Shown: positions 9,294-19,157, numbered from the stretch's first letter. The stretch is 64,000 nt of DNA from Nitrospinaceae bacterium (GCA_029261455.1 JAJDBH010000017.1:5563-69562), one strand, 5' to 3'. A program made the numbers and translations. The notes: generated from the letters alone by a model not told the origin.

Positions 9294-10099
9294 ATACCGG
9301 AATGTTTGAATTGTTGGGAAACGCACTGAGCGGAACATTGCTGGATATTCTTCCAATAATTCTTGTATTGGGTTTCTTTCAGATGGCTGCAATTCGCAAA
9401 GCCATTCCACACTTGAAACAAAAATTAGTGGGGTTGATTCTGGTTGTTCTAGGGCTGGGAATTTTTATTGTGGGATTGGAACAATGTGTGTTCCCAATTG
9501 GCACACAAATGGCTCATCAGTTGACCGATCTTCTCTTTCTTGCTGGCAACGATTCTGTCAGAGCAGAATTCCTGCAAAACTCCAAGAATATAGCACCCGG
9601 AGTTTACTTGTGGACTTATGTCTTTGCTTTTTTGATTGGCTTTTCTACTACTCTTGCAGAACCAGCATTGATAGCTGTAGCGTACAAGGCCCGCGACATC
9701 ACAACTGGTGCGATTTCTGCTTGGGGTTTGCGAATTTCTGTCGCTCTCGGTGTCGCTGGGGGCGTGACACTGGGAGTTTATCGTATAGTGACAGGGAGTC
9801 CGTTACATTACTATATTGTTACAGGGTACGCCCTTTTACTAATCCAAACCTGGTTTGCCCCAAAACAGATTATTCCACTCGCATATGATTCGGGTGGTGT
9901 CACCACTTCAACCGTAACCGTACCATTGATCGCAGCATTAGGGATAGGATTAGCCTCAAATGTTCCTGGGCGTTCCCCCTTAATAGACGGCTTTGGGCTG
10001 ATCGCTTTCGCCTCCCTTTTCCCTATGTTCACTGTGATGGCATATGCTATGATCACCGAAAAACGGACGAAGCGTAAAGAGATTGATGAACTATCTTGA
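9290..10099 (+). CDS. DUF1538-type polytopic membrane protein, paralog 2
   Basis: 269 aa. Clear paralog of the preceding ORF with the same motif set. 4-nt ATGA start/stop overlap. Confidence 0.7.
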   Translation: MNTGMFELLGNALSGTLLDILPIILVLGFFQMAAIRKAIPHLKQKLVGLILVVLGLGIFIVGLEQCVFPIGTQMAHQLTDLLFLAGNDSVRAEFLQNSKNIAPGVYLWTYVFAFLIGFSTTLAEPALIAVAYKARDITTGAISAWGLRISVALGVAGGVTLGVYRIVTGSPLHYYIVTGYALLLIQTWFAPKQIIPLAYDSGGVTTSTVTVPLIAALGIGLASNVPGRSPLIDGFGLIAFASLFPMFTVMAYAMITEKRTKRKEIDELS

Positions 10100-10113
10100 G
10101 GAGTTAAAAGCTC

Positions 10114-10461
10114 ATGCGTTTTAAAGTTATATTAGCAATGGTAAATGAGAAGTATCAGGACGGAGTTATCGAGTCCGCAAAAACCGCTGGTGCTACCGGC
10201 GTCACTATTCTTAATGCTCGTGGTGAAGGCATTCACGCACAGAAGTCATTTTTGGGACTCACCATGGAATCTCAAAAGGATATGCTCCTTTTCCTGGTTG
10301 AAGATTTTATTTCCAATAATATTATGGAGGCAATTTATAAATCCGGGCATTTGAGTGAGCACGGAAATGGTATTGTATTCTGTCTGGATGTAGATAGGGC
10401 TATAGGCTTGGAAAGCCAGATGCCTACCATGGAAAAAGACGCAAAAGATCGTTATTTTTAA
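10114..10461 (+). CDS. PII (GlnB-like) family signal-transduction protein
   Basis: 115 aa. Ferredoxin-like beta-alpha-beta pattern with a T-loop-like segment (LNARGEGIHAQKSFLGL) and a GNGIVF strand. Starts 14 nt after paralog 2. Confidence 0.75.
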   Translation: MRFKVILAMVNEKYQDGVIESAKTAGATGVTILNARGEGIHAQKSFLGLTMESQKDMLLFLVEDFISNNIMEAIYKSGHLSEHGNGIVFCLDVDRAIGLESQMPTMEKDAKDRYF

Positions 10462-10479
10462 CTAGCCGAGGAGAGAAGA

Positions 10480-10869
10480 ATGGTCAACATTCAAAAAGTC
10501 CGTGACGTCATGATGTCTAATTTCACCAAAGTGGATGGAGTCATGAAAGTTTCTGATGCCTTGAATATGATGCGGGAAAAAAAAATTAATGCGCTTCTAG
10601 TCGAACCAAGGGATGAGAATGATGTTTATGGCATAATGACACTGAAAGATATCGCAAGAAAAGTTATTGGGCAAAACAGAAAACTTCACGAATCTCATGT
10701 CTATGAGATCATGTCGAAACCAGTTTTGTCGATCAATTCAGACATGCCTATACCCTATGCAGCAAGGTTTCTAAGCAATTTTGATGTTTCTTACGCAATG
10801 GTTATTGAAACTAATGTTGTAACGGGAATGGTCTCACTCAATGGAATGGTGAGTGGTTGGGAAGACTGA
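10480..10869 (+). CDS. CBS-pair domain protein
   Basis: 129 aa with two CBS motifs (VRDVMMSNFTKV... and VYEIMSKPVLSI...). GAGGAG RBS upstream. Confidence 0.85.
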   Translation: MVNIQKVRDVMMSNFTKVDGVMKVSDALNMMREKKINALLVEPRDENDVYGIMTLKDIARKVIGQNRKLHESHVYEIMSKPVLSINSDMPIPYAARFLSNFDVSYAMVIETNVVTGMVSLNGMVSGWED

Positions 10870-10877
10870 TTCTTCCA

Positions 10878-11426
10878 TCAACCTTTCTTAAGGGAGGTTC
10901 CAGCACGGCTGTCCCATATAACGGTGTCAGGACTTGACACATGCCCTGCTTCAGCACTCCAATGGTCAAACCCTGCCTGCACATTTAAAATCTTAACGCA
11001 CTCGTTCATGCCCCCTGCCCCACCAATGTGAGAATAAATTCTTCGCAGATCACCTATATAGTTCCCCTGCTCTGATTTATACCTGTCCTGCGCTTCGGCA
11101 ATATTGGCCAGGGTGGCTTCGGCCATGGCATTATGATTGAAAATTTCTTTTTTCATGCTGTTATAATCTACTAAAAAGTTCACATATACCCAGCCAGCAA
11201 ATGGAACTATTGCCATTATCAAAAATACTTTTTTCCAAAACTTGTGATCAAAAAGAATACCCGGAATCATAAGAGCTAAAGCCAGCCATAATGCATATTG
11301 GGAAATCTGCTCAAAAATCCCCAAGGGCGGAATCTTCTCTCCGCAGGATGTTTGGGCAAAAACCACACCCGGCACTGAAAGCAGGATGAATACCCATAAA
11401 AATATTTGATTAGTTTTATTACTCAT
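10878..11426 (-). CDS. hypothetical membrane protein
   Basis: 182 aa with a signal/TM plus two further TM segments. The soluble C-terminal domain includes ANIAEAQDRYKSEQGNYIGDL, loosely reminiscent of pilin-like alpha1-C helices. No family assigned. Confidence 0.5.
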   Translation of the reverse strand: MSNKTNQIFLWVFILLSVPGVVFAQTSCGEKIPPLGIFEQISQYALWLALALMIPGILFDHKFWKKVFLIMAIVPFAGWVYVNFLVDYNSMKKEIFNHNAMAEATLANIAEAQDRYKSEQGNYIGDLRRIYSHIGGAGGMNECVKILNVQAGFDHWSAEAGHVSSPDTVIWDSRAGTSLKKG

Positions 11427-11637
11427 CAGATCATAAAGTCAGCTATATTGAATAATCACCCAAGCAATGCGGTCGTTGGGTTGTATCAAATTAAAGCCAT
11501 GATTTCTAGCAGCAATTTCACTAGCCCTCTTAATTTCATCAAATTAGGGCTTCACAGAATAATTCAGCTGCGTTAATATTTTATTTTTAGTCTTTTATGA
11601 ATGTTCACAGTTCGGTGAATTTTTGGAGTTTTGACAA

Positions 11638-12063
11638 ATGAATGACACCAGCAGGTTTGAAGATAAAGGGGATGGAACACTGTTAGACCATGATTCCGGT
11701 TTAGTGTGGTCCAAAGAGGACTCCTGGCCAGTGGCTCAGGACTGGTTAACCTTCCAGGAAGCACTTTTATTCGTCGATGAAATGAACAAGAAGGATTACC
11801 TTGGATACCACGATTGGCGTATTCCCGAGAGAGAAGAAATCGAAAAAATTTATATTCCAGATAGCACTATTATGGGTCGGTCAAATAGTGAAGTTCACCT
11901 CGACCCACTATTCGCAGCGGGTGGAGGAAATGCCTCATGGTGTTTACCCTTTGACCAGCAGGCGGCATTCTATTTTTCCTACTCTTCCGGCAACGCACAA
12001 CAATTCGATCAGGATTATTCTCAGGGCTATGTTCGTTTGGTTCGGCTTTATCCTGATGATTAA
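11638..12063 (+). CDS. DUF1566 (Lcl C-terminal domain)-like protein
   Basis: 141 aa. DKGDGTLLDHDSGLVWSK...W..A......N....LGYHDWRIP..EE matches the DUF1566 pattern. Confidence 0.65.
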   Translation: MNDTSRFEDKGDGTLLDHDSGLVWSKEDSWPVAQDWLTFQEALLFVDEMNKKDYLGYHDWRIPEREEIEKIYIPDSTIMGRSNSEVHLDPLFAAGGGNASWCLPFDQQAAFYFSYSSGNAQQFDQDYSQGYVRLVRLYPDD

Positions 12064-12473
12064 GAAGCCACTCGTTTTCTGCAAGGCACAAGTTTAGGCA
12101 TTTCCTTTGGAGATGCCACCATCTGCCGGATTTCTACCTGATCGGATTCGTAAGCGATAGTGGCAATTTGATACCTGTCTGTATCCACTTCACGTTGACT
12201 GCCTTGATACTGGTCTAGAGCGGCCCCCAAAGCATCCCATTCTAAATAAAGTAAGAATTGCTCTTCCGAACTGGTCAAACCTAGATCAACAACCAAGTCA
12301 CTGAACTCCAACTGGATCACTTCTCCAACATGCTTACCTTGGCAAAACTCCACAAAACCTATTCCTCCACCCACAGACTTTTGGCAGGTTAGCTTTGCAA
12401 AATCAAAACTAACTAGACAGTCCTTTTCGTCGAGGATGACTGTTATTTGTGCTGTTGTATCTTTGCAGGGCAT
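12060..12473 (-). CDS. hypothetical protein
   Basis: 137-aa ORF with no recognised motif. Convergent with, and overlapping by 4 nt, the DUF1566-like gene. Confidence 0.45.
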   Translation of the reverse strand: MPCKDTTAQITVILDEKDCLVSFDFAKLTCQKSVGGGIGFVEFCQGKHVGEVIQLEFSDLVVDLGLTSSEEQFLLYLEWDALGAALDQYQGSQREVDTDRYQIATIAYESDQVEIRQMVASPKEMPKLVPCRKRVAS

Positions 12474-12624
12474 AGCTATTTAGCTTTCTCGAAATAGTAA
12501 TTCGAAGTATTCAAACATAAGAGGCAACCCACTCATTCCCCTTATTATAGGAACGATCAATTCCCCCGTGACAAGGGGAGTTAAGTATATTTAAAAATCA
12601 GATAAGACTAATACAATATAAGGG

Positions 12625-13473
12625 TTAGCTGGAAATAATGTTCATACTGATATCAACCGCTGGGGCCGAATGAGTCAATGCTCCTACCGAAACAAAATCT
12701 GCACCGGTTTTGGATATCTCATCTAAACATTCCAGAGTAACACCTCCGCTGATTTCAACTTTGGCCCTACCATCGATTAATATAACTGCATCACGAATCA
12801 TCTTTATACTCATATTGTCCAGCATGATGATATCAACCCGGTTCTCCAATGCTTCCCGAACTTCATCCAGGTTTTGGGTTTCGACTTCAATTTTATTTTT
12901 ATTGCCCATGGCTTCACGTATTTTTTCAACAGCTCGAAAAATACTCCCGGCAGATTTTATATGATTGTCTTTAATCATCACTGCATCATACAATCCGAAT
13001 CTATGATTCGTGCCGCCGCCACTGTACACAGCATATTTTTCAAAAATCCTCAGGCCGGGAGTAGTCTTACGTGTATCCAAAACAATCACAGGATGAGCCT
13101 TATCAACATATTTTCGTGTAAGCGTTGCGATACCACTTAGCCACTGCAATATATTCAGTCCCGATCGTTCTCCCTCCAGAATTTTAACTCCATCGCACCG
13201 AAACTTAATGATCGTGGAACCCTTTTCAATAGAGTCACCATCGTGAAAAGGTTCAGAGAGAAAAACAGTTTCAGGGTCCAGCTTCAGAAATAGAGTCTTA
13301 AATATTTCCAACCCAGATAGTATCAAAGAATCTTTAGCGATCAGTTCCGCTTCACAGATTTGACCATTAGATATAATGTTACGGGTCGTGATATCACCAC
13401 TCTGAATATCTTCATCCAGACAAGTGTTAATGAGCGACTCTATATCAGCAGTCATGAGTGTGTTTTTTAGCAT
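12625..13473 (-). CDS. nadC: nicotinate-nucleotide pyrophosphorylase (carboxylating)
   Basis: 282 aa. The TRKT.PG.R..EKYAV..GGG.NHRFGLYD..MIKDNH pattern is typical of quinolinate phosphoribosyltransferase. Confidence 0.9.
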   Translation of the reverse strand: MLKNTLMTADIESLINTCLDEDIQSGDITTRNIISNGQICEAELIAKDSLILSGLEIFKTLFLKLDPETVFLSEPFHDGDSIEKGSTIIKFRCDGVKILEGERSGLNILQWLSGIATLTRKYVDKAHPVIVLDTRKTTPGLRIFEKYAVYSGGGTNHRFGLYDAVMIKDNHIKSAGSIFRAVEKIREAMGNKNKIEVETQNLDEVREALENRVDIIMLDNMSIKMIRDAVILIDGRAKVEISGGVTLECLDEISKTGADFVSVGALTHSAPAVDISMNIISS

Positions 13474-13570
13474 CGTTTTAGTGAGGTTATAATGGTATAC
13501 AACAATGGTTTTTGCACAAGGCCACTTTATATATTCATTTTAACAACCTCATTCCCAAGAAGAAACACTT

Positions 13571-14824
13571 ATGTCTGAACTTCCCAAAAGTCTTAAAGCG
13601 GTTTCTCTTCCCTTAAAGAATCAGGCAGACCGTTTTTCGACAGCCTCAGATCTTGAAGCTGAAGACTCCTACAAAATTATTGACCCTGATAACCAGTCAA
13701 CCTGGGGATATATTTCCATCGATAACACACAGAGAGGTCCCGGCCTTGGCGGCATCCGCATGGTCCAAAATCTCAGTTTGAATGAAATCATGCGCTTGGC
13801 ACGCGTTATGACTTTGAAGAATAGCGCTGCCTGTCTCCCTTACGGTGGGGCAAAAGCAGGAATCATCCTGAAAACTAATAAACTAATCGATAATTCTGCA
13901 TACAGGAATGAATGTATTGAAAAATTTGCCCATTGCTTGTTTGAGATACCCACTTACGCCCCTGCCCCGGATATGGGAACCAATGAAAAAGACATCCAAA
14001 TAATTCACAATGACCATTCGCACAAACTGGGCACTGAAAAACATTCGCGAGGAGGAGCAGGAAGGCCTCTGGAAAATGGAGGTGTCCCCATCGACGATTG
14101 GGAGCTCACCGCTCACGGCTTATTTACAGCTGCAAAAGCACTTGAGTCCATGGACGAGCAATTAAATTTGTCTGGGACTAAATTTATCGTTCAAGGGTTT
14201 GGGAATGTTGGAGCCCCCACAGCTATAAAACTTCATGAATTGGGTGTAATTCTAGTTGGGGCTTCTGATATAAATATCGCACTGTGGAATCCTGAGGGAT
14301 TGGATCCATACGCATTAGACAAGGTTCGAAATAAAAAAGGAGGACTGACTAACTACCCTCTTAAAGTGAGCAAAAAGTTTTCATCAGATAAACTCGACTG
14401 GCTCCTCGAAGCACCCTGCGACATCCTGATTCCATCAGCCAGACCCGATGCTATCACGGCTCGCAATGCAGACCGCATTCAATGTCGATATATTCTTCAA
14501 GGAGCGAATACTCCCAGCAGCAAACCTGTAGAATATTATTTGCATCATCACCGTAATATCTTGTCACTCACAGACTTTATTGTTAACGCAGGTGGGGTGA
14601 TTGGCTGCGCGGTTGAAAGAAACTTAATTGTCGATGATTCTTATGCCAAAAAAGTAAAGCATGTCGGACTCAGAAACTATGTGGAAAGTTTGATCGAAAA
14701 GACCATTACTAAAAATGTTTGCGATACATACTCACGCATGCAAAATGATCGTGACACCATATTTCGGGACTCTGCAGGGGAATTAGCTCTGGAAAGGCTG
14801 GACAATCAAGAAATATGGCTTTGA
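13571..14824 (+). CDS. Glu/Leu/Phe/Val dehydrogenase family protein
   Basis: 417 aa. Has GPGLGGIRM, the catalytic-Lys region LPYGGAKAGI and the Rossmann motif VQGFGNVG. Substrate not inferable. Confidence 0.85.
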   Translation: MSELPKSLKAVSLPLKNQADRFSTASDLEAEDSYKIIDPDNQSTWGYISIDNTQRGPGLGGIRMVQNLSLNEIMRLARVMTLKNSAACLPYGGAKAGIILKTNKLIDNSAYRNECIEKFAHCLFEIPTYAPAPDMGTNEKDIQIIHNDHSHKLGTEKHSRGGAGRPLENGGVPIDDWELTAHGLFTAAKALESMDEQLNLSGTKFIVQGFGNVGAPTAIKLHELGVILVGASDINIALWNPEGLDPYALDKVRNKKGGLTNYPLKVSKKFSSDKLDWLLEAPCDILIPSARPDAITARNADRIQCRYILQGANTPSSKPVEYYLHHHRNILSLTDFIVNAGGVIGCAVERNLIVDDSYAKKVKHVGLRNYVESLIEKTITKNVCDTYSRMQNDRDTIFRDSAGELALERLDNQEIWL

Positions 14825-14826
14825 GA

Positions 14827-16755
14827 TTATTTCTCTTTCATCACAACTATCCCAAGCCAGTTTTCAGGAGGGGTAGCAATATATTCCCGGCACCGTTCTG
14901 ACATGTTTTTACTTGGAATATCTTTGCTGGTATTATACAAGGTAGCAAACGCTTCTTCTGACGGAACGAAGTCTCCCTTTCGATATAAAGCCAATGCAGA
15001 CTCATAGTCTGATTTTATTCTAATCTGTTCTGGGGATGCTTTTTTACTTTCTGCCATTACTTCATATATTTGAGCTCCCTGGGTCCTGCCTTTTACTTGA
15101 ATCGTATCCAGTTCTCTTAATAGGAGGTCATGCTCTACATTTTTCTTGGTGAACACATCAATGATGATATCGGTCCCATACATTTTGTTTATTCCTTCCA
15201 ACCTGGAACTATAATTAACAGTGTCACCAATACAAGTGTATTCAAGGTTTTTTTCTGAGCCAATATTGCCGACAATCATATGACCCGTTGCTACTCCCAC
15301 TCGCATTCTAATTTCAGGAAGTCCTTTGGCCAACCATTGCGGACGTAATATTTTAAGCTGCGCTTGCATATTCAGAGCAGCTTGACATGCCAATAAAGAA
15401 TGATTCCCCGGAGTGAATGGAGGCCCCCAGAAAGCCATGATAGCATCTCCAATATATTTATCTAAAATGCCATGGGTTTGTGATATTTCTTCCGTCATCG
15501 CACCTAAATATTCATTTAATAATTGAATCAAAGACTCTGGAGCCATGGTCTCACTGAAACTGGTGAAGTTGGCCACATCACAGAACAAAACTGATTGATA
15601 GCTTCTTGTACCTCCAGGCAGGATATTGTCGGGATTTGAAAGTATGTTTTCAACGATCGAAGGATGAACATATTTTCCGAAGGTATCCTGAATATATTTC
15701 TTTTCTCTCAAACCTTTGAGCATGTGATTAAAGGCCTTCGACAGCTCCCCCACCTCGTCGCTTGAGGTGTGCTTTATTTCAAAGTCGTAATTATCATCAA
15801 TCACACCCTTTGTACCCTCTAACAAGGATCTTAATGGCCGGGCTATTCTCTTTGAGAAAACTATCGAAAACATTAACCCCACCAACAATACAGCTATCCC
15901 CATCAGTAAAATTTTATTTTGAATTTCCTTAAAGGGTATTAGAGAGTAATCAAGGTTAGTTGCGTATAAATATCCGGCGCCATTATCATAAGAACCCCTC
16001 TGGGTTATATAACGTTCGCCTGCGATCTTTAACATTCCAGCGCCACTTGGAACTTGCGTCAACTTCTCAATAACGGTTTTACTAAATTTTTCGGATACAT
16101 TATCTGCTACGATTTTGGAATCACTGAAAAACACAATTTGCAAGGCATTCTGTGCCAAATTAGTGCCGATTAAATCTTCCACCCATTGATCATCTATATG
16201 TTTAACAACTATCATCACTCCCAAAGCATATTCATCTGTTAGAGATTCCTTCAGGGGTAAAGCAACCGAGCTCATCAATTTGCCATCACCAGAAATCATA
16301 CTCCGTCTATCTTCTCCCGTTTCCAACACATCCTTAATGGGAAACTTAGAAATATTATCTGTCACCCATTTAGTAATATTCTCATCTGTAGGGTAAATGC
16401 CACGAATGTGAAAGGAGTCATCGATCATGAAGACCCAATCTGCTTCGGTATCACGGGCGATCTCTTCAGAGAATGAGTAGAAATTGTCCTTGATCTGAGA
16501 AAGAAAGGACCGGAATTTCTGATCCAAAGTCAGTGTCTTGGCAAGCTTTAAGGTATGAACTTGTTCACGGTTCAACTGTTGGTTGAACCTGAGGTGGGTT
16601 TCTTTGAGTTTCGAAGATAGACTCTTGATCTCAAATTGTTCGGTCTGACTATTTGTTATGTAAAGAGTCAAACCCAACAGAAGAGTGAAAAATATAAAAA
16701 ATGAAAGAAATATTTTTACACTAAGTTTCATTTTTGCTTTGCAAAATTTTATCAA
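14827..16755 (-). CDS. membrane-bound class III adenylate/guanylate cyclase with periplasmic sensor and HAMP
   Basis: 642 aa. Order is TM1, a periplasmic domain of about 250 aa (Cache-like by position), TM2, a HAMP-like linker, then the cyclase domain (VLFCDVANFTSFSE, GDAIMAFWG, RVGVATGHMIVGNIG). The start may be the internal MKLSVKIF. Confidence 0.85.
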   Translation of the reverse strand: MIKFCKAKMKLSVKIFLSFFIFFTLLLGLTLYITNSQTEQFEIKSLSSKLKETHLRFNQQLNREQVHTLKLAKTLTLDQKFRSFLSQIKDNFYSFSEEIARDTEADWVFMIDDSFHIRGIYPTDENITKWVTDNISKFPIKDVLETGEDRRSMISGDGKLMSSVALPLKESLTDEYALGVMIVVKHIDDQWVEDLIGTNLAQNALQIVFFSDSKIVADNVSEKFSKTVIEKLTQVPSGAGMLKIAGERYITQRGSYDNGAGYLYATNLDYSLIPFKEIQNKILLMGIAVLLVGLMFSIVFSKRIARPLRSLLEGTKGVIDDNYDFEIKHTSSDEVGELSKAFNHMLKGLREKKYIQDTFGKYVHPSIVENILSNPDNILPGGTRSYQSVLFCDVANFTSFSETMAPESLIQLLNEYLGAMTEEISQTHGILDKYIGDAIMAFWGPPFTPGNHSLLACQAALNMQAQLKILRPQWLAKGLPEIRMRVGVATGHMIVGNIGSEKNLEYTCIGDTVNYSSRLEGINKMYGTDIIIDVFTKKNVEHDLLLRELDTIQVKGRTQGAQIYEVMAESKKASPEQIRIKSDYESALALYRKGDFVPSEEAFATLYNTSKDIPSKNMSERCREYIATPPENWLGIVVMKEK

Positions 16756-17437
16756 CAGATAGAATCTGATTTAATTCAATGTTTGCCCCCGCTTCAATAA
16801 AAATAGTCTTTTCTATAAAACCCAACCTCCAAAACCAGAATAAAATTTTATACTGACCTGGATTAAGGTTTTCTACTTTATATTTATCACCGGATGAATG
16901 CTGTTGTCCAACAAGACCTTTTCGAGACAAGAGGATTGTCATCAAAGATTCATTTTCATCACTTCCAAGTTCCAACTCGCCTTCCTGCTGAACTGTAATC
17001 GCCGAACGCTCCCCTGGCTTAGTTGGAGAATAGACTTGAATGTAATCATCTGCCCCGGCAATGAAAAAAGTCTGAGTTGTAGTTGAATTATTTTGCACCC
17101 ACAACTTGTCGCCTTTAGCAATTGCCAGAGATCTTTGAGACATTTTTTCGTCACTTGCAATAAGCAAATGTTCTTTTCCTCCTGAATATGAAGGGTCCAG
17201 CACACAAACAAACAGTTCCTTAAGTTTTTCATAATTAACCATTTGCTCGGTGAAAACTACTTTGCCATTAACACCATAGAAACCATCATAATCTTTAGAA
17301 GCTTTGGCTATAATATCTTTGTGACTTTCTGCTGTGATTGACCCATAAACAGCTCCCTTCCCAGGAATGATTTCGGGCGCGGACGAACATGAAATCAGGG
17401 CAATTAGAATCAAAGTAAAAGAAAAAGTTTTTATCAT
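16721..17437 (-). CDS. hypothetical lipoprotein
   Basis: 238 aa. Lipobox LISCSS. The C-terminal beta-rich segment (YKVENLNPGQYKILF) is like a carboxypeptidase-regulatory/Ig-type fold. Overlaps both neighbours, so probably translationally coupled. Confidence 0.55.
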   Translation of the reverse strand: MIKTFSFTLILIALISCSSAPEIIPGKGAVYGSITAESHKDIIAKASKDYDGFYGVNGKVVFTEQMVNYEKLKELFVCVLDPSYSGGKEHLLIASDEKMSQRSLAIAKGDKLWVQNNSTTTQTFFIAGADDYIQVYSPTKPGERSAITVQQEGELELGSDENESLMTILLSRKGLVGQQHSSGDKYKVENLNPGQYKILFWFWRLGFIEKTIFIEAGANIELNQILSVDKILQSKNET

Positions 17438-18042
17438 TTTTTCACCACCTTCAATTCAACAGCCTCATGGGATGAGTCTGTCACTGAAATATTTAACGGT
17501 GCGGATTTGTATCTTCGATGGGAAACAAACATTTTCACAATCCATTTTCCAGGAGGTATGTTTGGTAAAATAAAGCTACCGGGTTTTTCCAAAACCACAA
17601 AGTGTCTTGTGTTTAAGGAAACCAAACGGCCTTCCATTAATTTATGAACAGAACAATAAAAATTTCCCGAGCCATTCTTGTCGACACTCACTTCCAGAAC
17701 AGATCCCTTTTCTCCCAAGCCTAAATCAAAACTCTTTAGCTTGCTGAGGGAATAAATATTATGGTCAATTTCTCTATCTTCATCATTTAAGAATTGAACC
17801 TTGTCACCAGGACTCACCACTATCAGGTCAGGGCTAAACCTTCTGCCCTTTTGCATAATCTTATGCACCACAGGCTCATATTGAGTTTTGGATGAATCCG
17901 CTGGTTCCAAATATACGATCAGGTTCTTGAGGTTTTTATCCCCTTCAACTTTTACTTCACCACTTATATGGTGAGCATCAGCACTTGCGTACAAGGCAAG
18001 AGGAATGAGCACAGAAAATAGGATTAATCTTTTTAGAAACAT
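17434..18042 (-). CDS. secreted cupredoxin (amicyanin/plastocyanin-like) domain protein
   Basis: Signal peptide present. PGDKVQFLNDEDREIDHNIYS and FYCSVHKLMEG reproduce the type-1 copper ligand pattern H...C-x2-H-x2-M seen in amicyanin. I trimmed the start to the ATG at 18042; the ORF track begins at a TTG at 18060. Confidence 0.5.
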   Translation of the reverse strand: MFLKRLILFSVLIPLALYASADAHHISGEVKVEGDKNLKNLIVYLEPADSSKTQYEPVVHKIMQKGRRFSPDLIVVSPGDKVQFLNDEDREIDHNIYSLSKLKSFDLGLGEKGSVLEVSVDKNGSGNFYCSVHKLMEGRLVSLNTRHFVVLEKPGSFILPNIPPGKWIVKMFVSHRRYKSAPLNISVTDSSHEAVELKVVKK

Positions 18043-18227
18043 GTGTATCGAACCCTGCAAGCAAAAGAATTTACGCCTATATATGATATTCCATATTTAC
18101 TGATTTTGGGAGAATTTATGCCATTCGGAATTTTCTTAAATATAAATCAAAAATGGTATCCGCGTAAGAAGCGAAAATTGAATTGTTTTGGGGAGTTTTT
18201 GAAATAGCTAAATACAGTAGAGAGTAC

Positions 18228-19157
18228 TCACGTGGCATGAATTTCTTGCATGATTTTATCGCCACCCATTTCCAATAAGGTGTTGCCCAACTCTTTACCT
18301 ATGGATTTTGCGTCGAGCTTGCGACCTTTCAATTCTGTTTGATAGACTGTTTTACCATCAAGACTTGCGACCAACCCTTTTAAAGTCATTTCATCGCCTT
18401 CTATTGTCGCAAACGCGCCAATGGGAACATTGCAACCACCCTCAAGCTGGGTGACAACCGCCCTTTCTGCGTCCAAAGCCAGATGTGTATCTTCATCATC
18501 CATATCTGCTAAAAGAATCTGGTTGTCGACATCATGTTTGCGTGTCTCAATACCAACAGCACCCTGCCCCATTGCCGGCAACAAAATTTCAGGACTGATA
18601 ATTTCTGAAATTTTATCTTCCCAACCCATGCGGATGAGTCCTGCTGCTGCAAGAATGATAGCGTCAAGCCCTTCTGTTTCCAGTTTTTTAATCCTAGTAT
18701 CAAGATTACCGCGAAGAGGAACCAAGTCCAAGTCTGGACGATAGTGGAGCAATTGTGACATTCTCCTTAAACTGCCTGTCCCAACTTTTGCACCCTTAGG
18801 AAGTTCATCCAACTTGATATTGTTTTTAGAAATCAAGGCATCGAAAGGATTCTCCCTCTTTGTCACTGCCGCGATACACAAAGCAAAAGGAAACTTTATT
18901 GGCATGTCTTTCATGCTGTGGACTGCAAAATCGATCTCGTTCCTCAACATGGATTCTTCGAGTTCCTTAACAAATAATCCCTTGCCACCAATTTTGGCCA
19001 ACGGGACATCCTGAATCTTATCACCTGAAGTTTTTATGATGATAATCTCTACAGGAATATCCGGATGCAGCGATTCCAACTGGCCTTTGATCCAATTAGC
19101 CTGCCACAATGCCAAGGGACTCCCTCTGCTGCCGATTTTAATTTTTCTAGGTTCCAT
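18228..19157 (-). CDS. hemC: hydroxymethylbilane synthase (porphobilinogen deaminase)
   Basis: 309 aa. IGSRGSPLALWQA, TSGDK and LRGN..TR motifs. Confidence 0.95.
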   Translation of the reverse strand: MEPRKIKIGSRGSPLALWQANWIKGQLESLHPDIPVEIIIIKTSGDKIQDVPLAKIGGKGLFVKELEESMLRNEIDFAVHSMKDMPIKFPFALCIAAVTKRENPFDALISKNNIKLDELPKGAKVGTGSLRRMSQLLHYRPDLDLVPLRGNLDTRIKKLETEGLDAIILAAAGLIRMGWEDKISEIISPEILLPAMGQGAVGIETRKHDVDNQILLADMDDEDTHLALDAERAVVTQLEGGCNVPIGAFATIEGDEMTLKGLVASLDGKTVYQTELKGRKLDAKSIGKELGNTLLEMGGDKIMQEIHAT

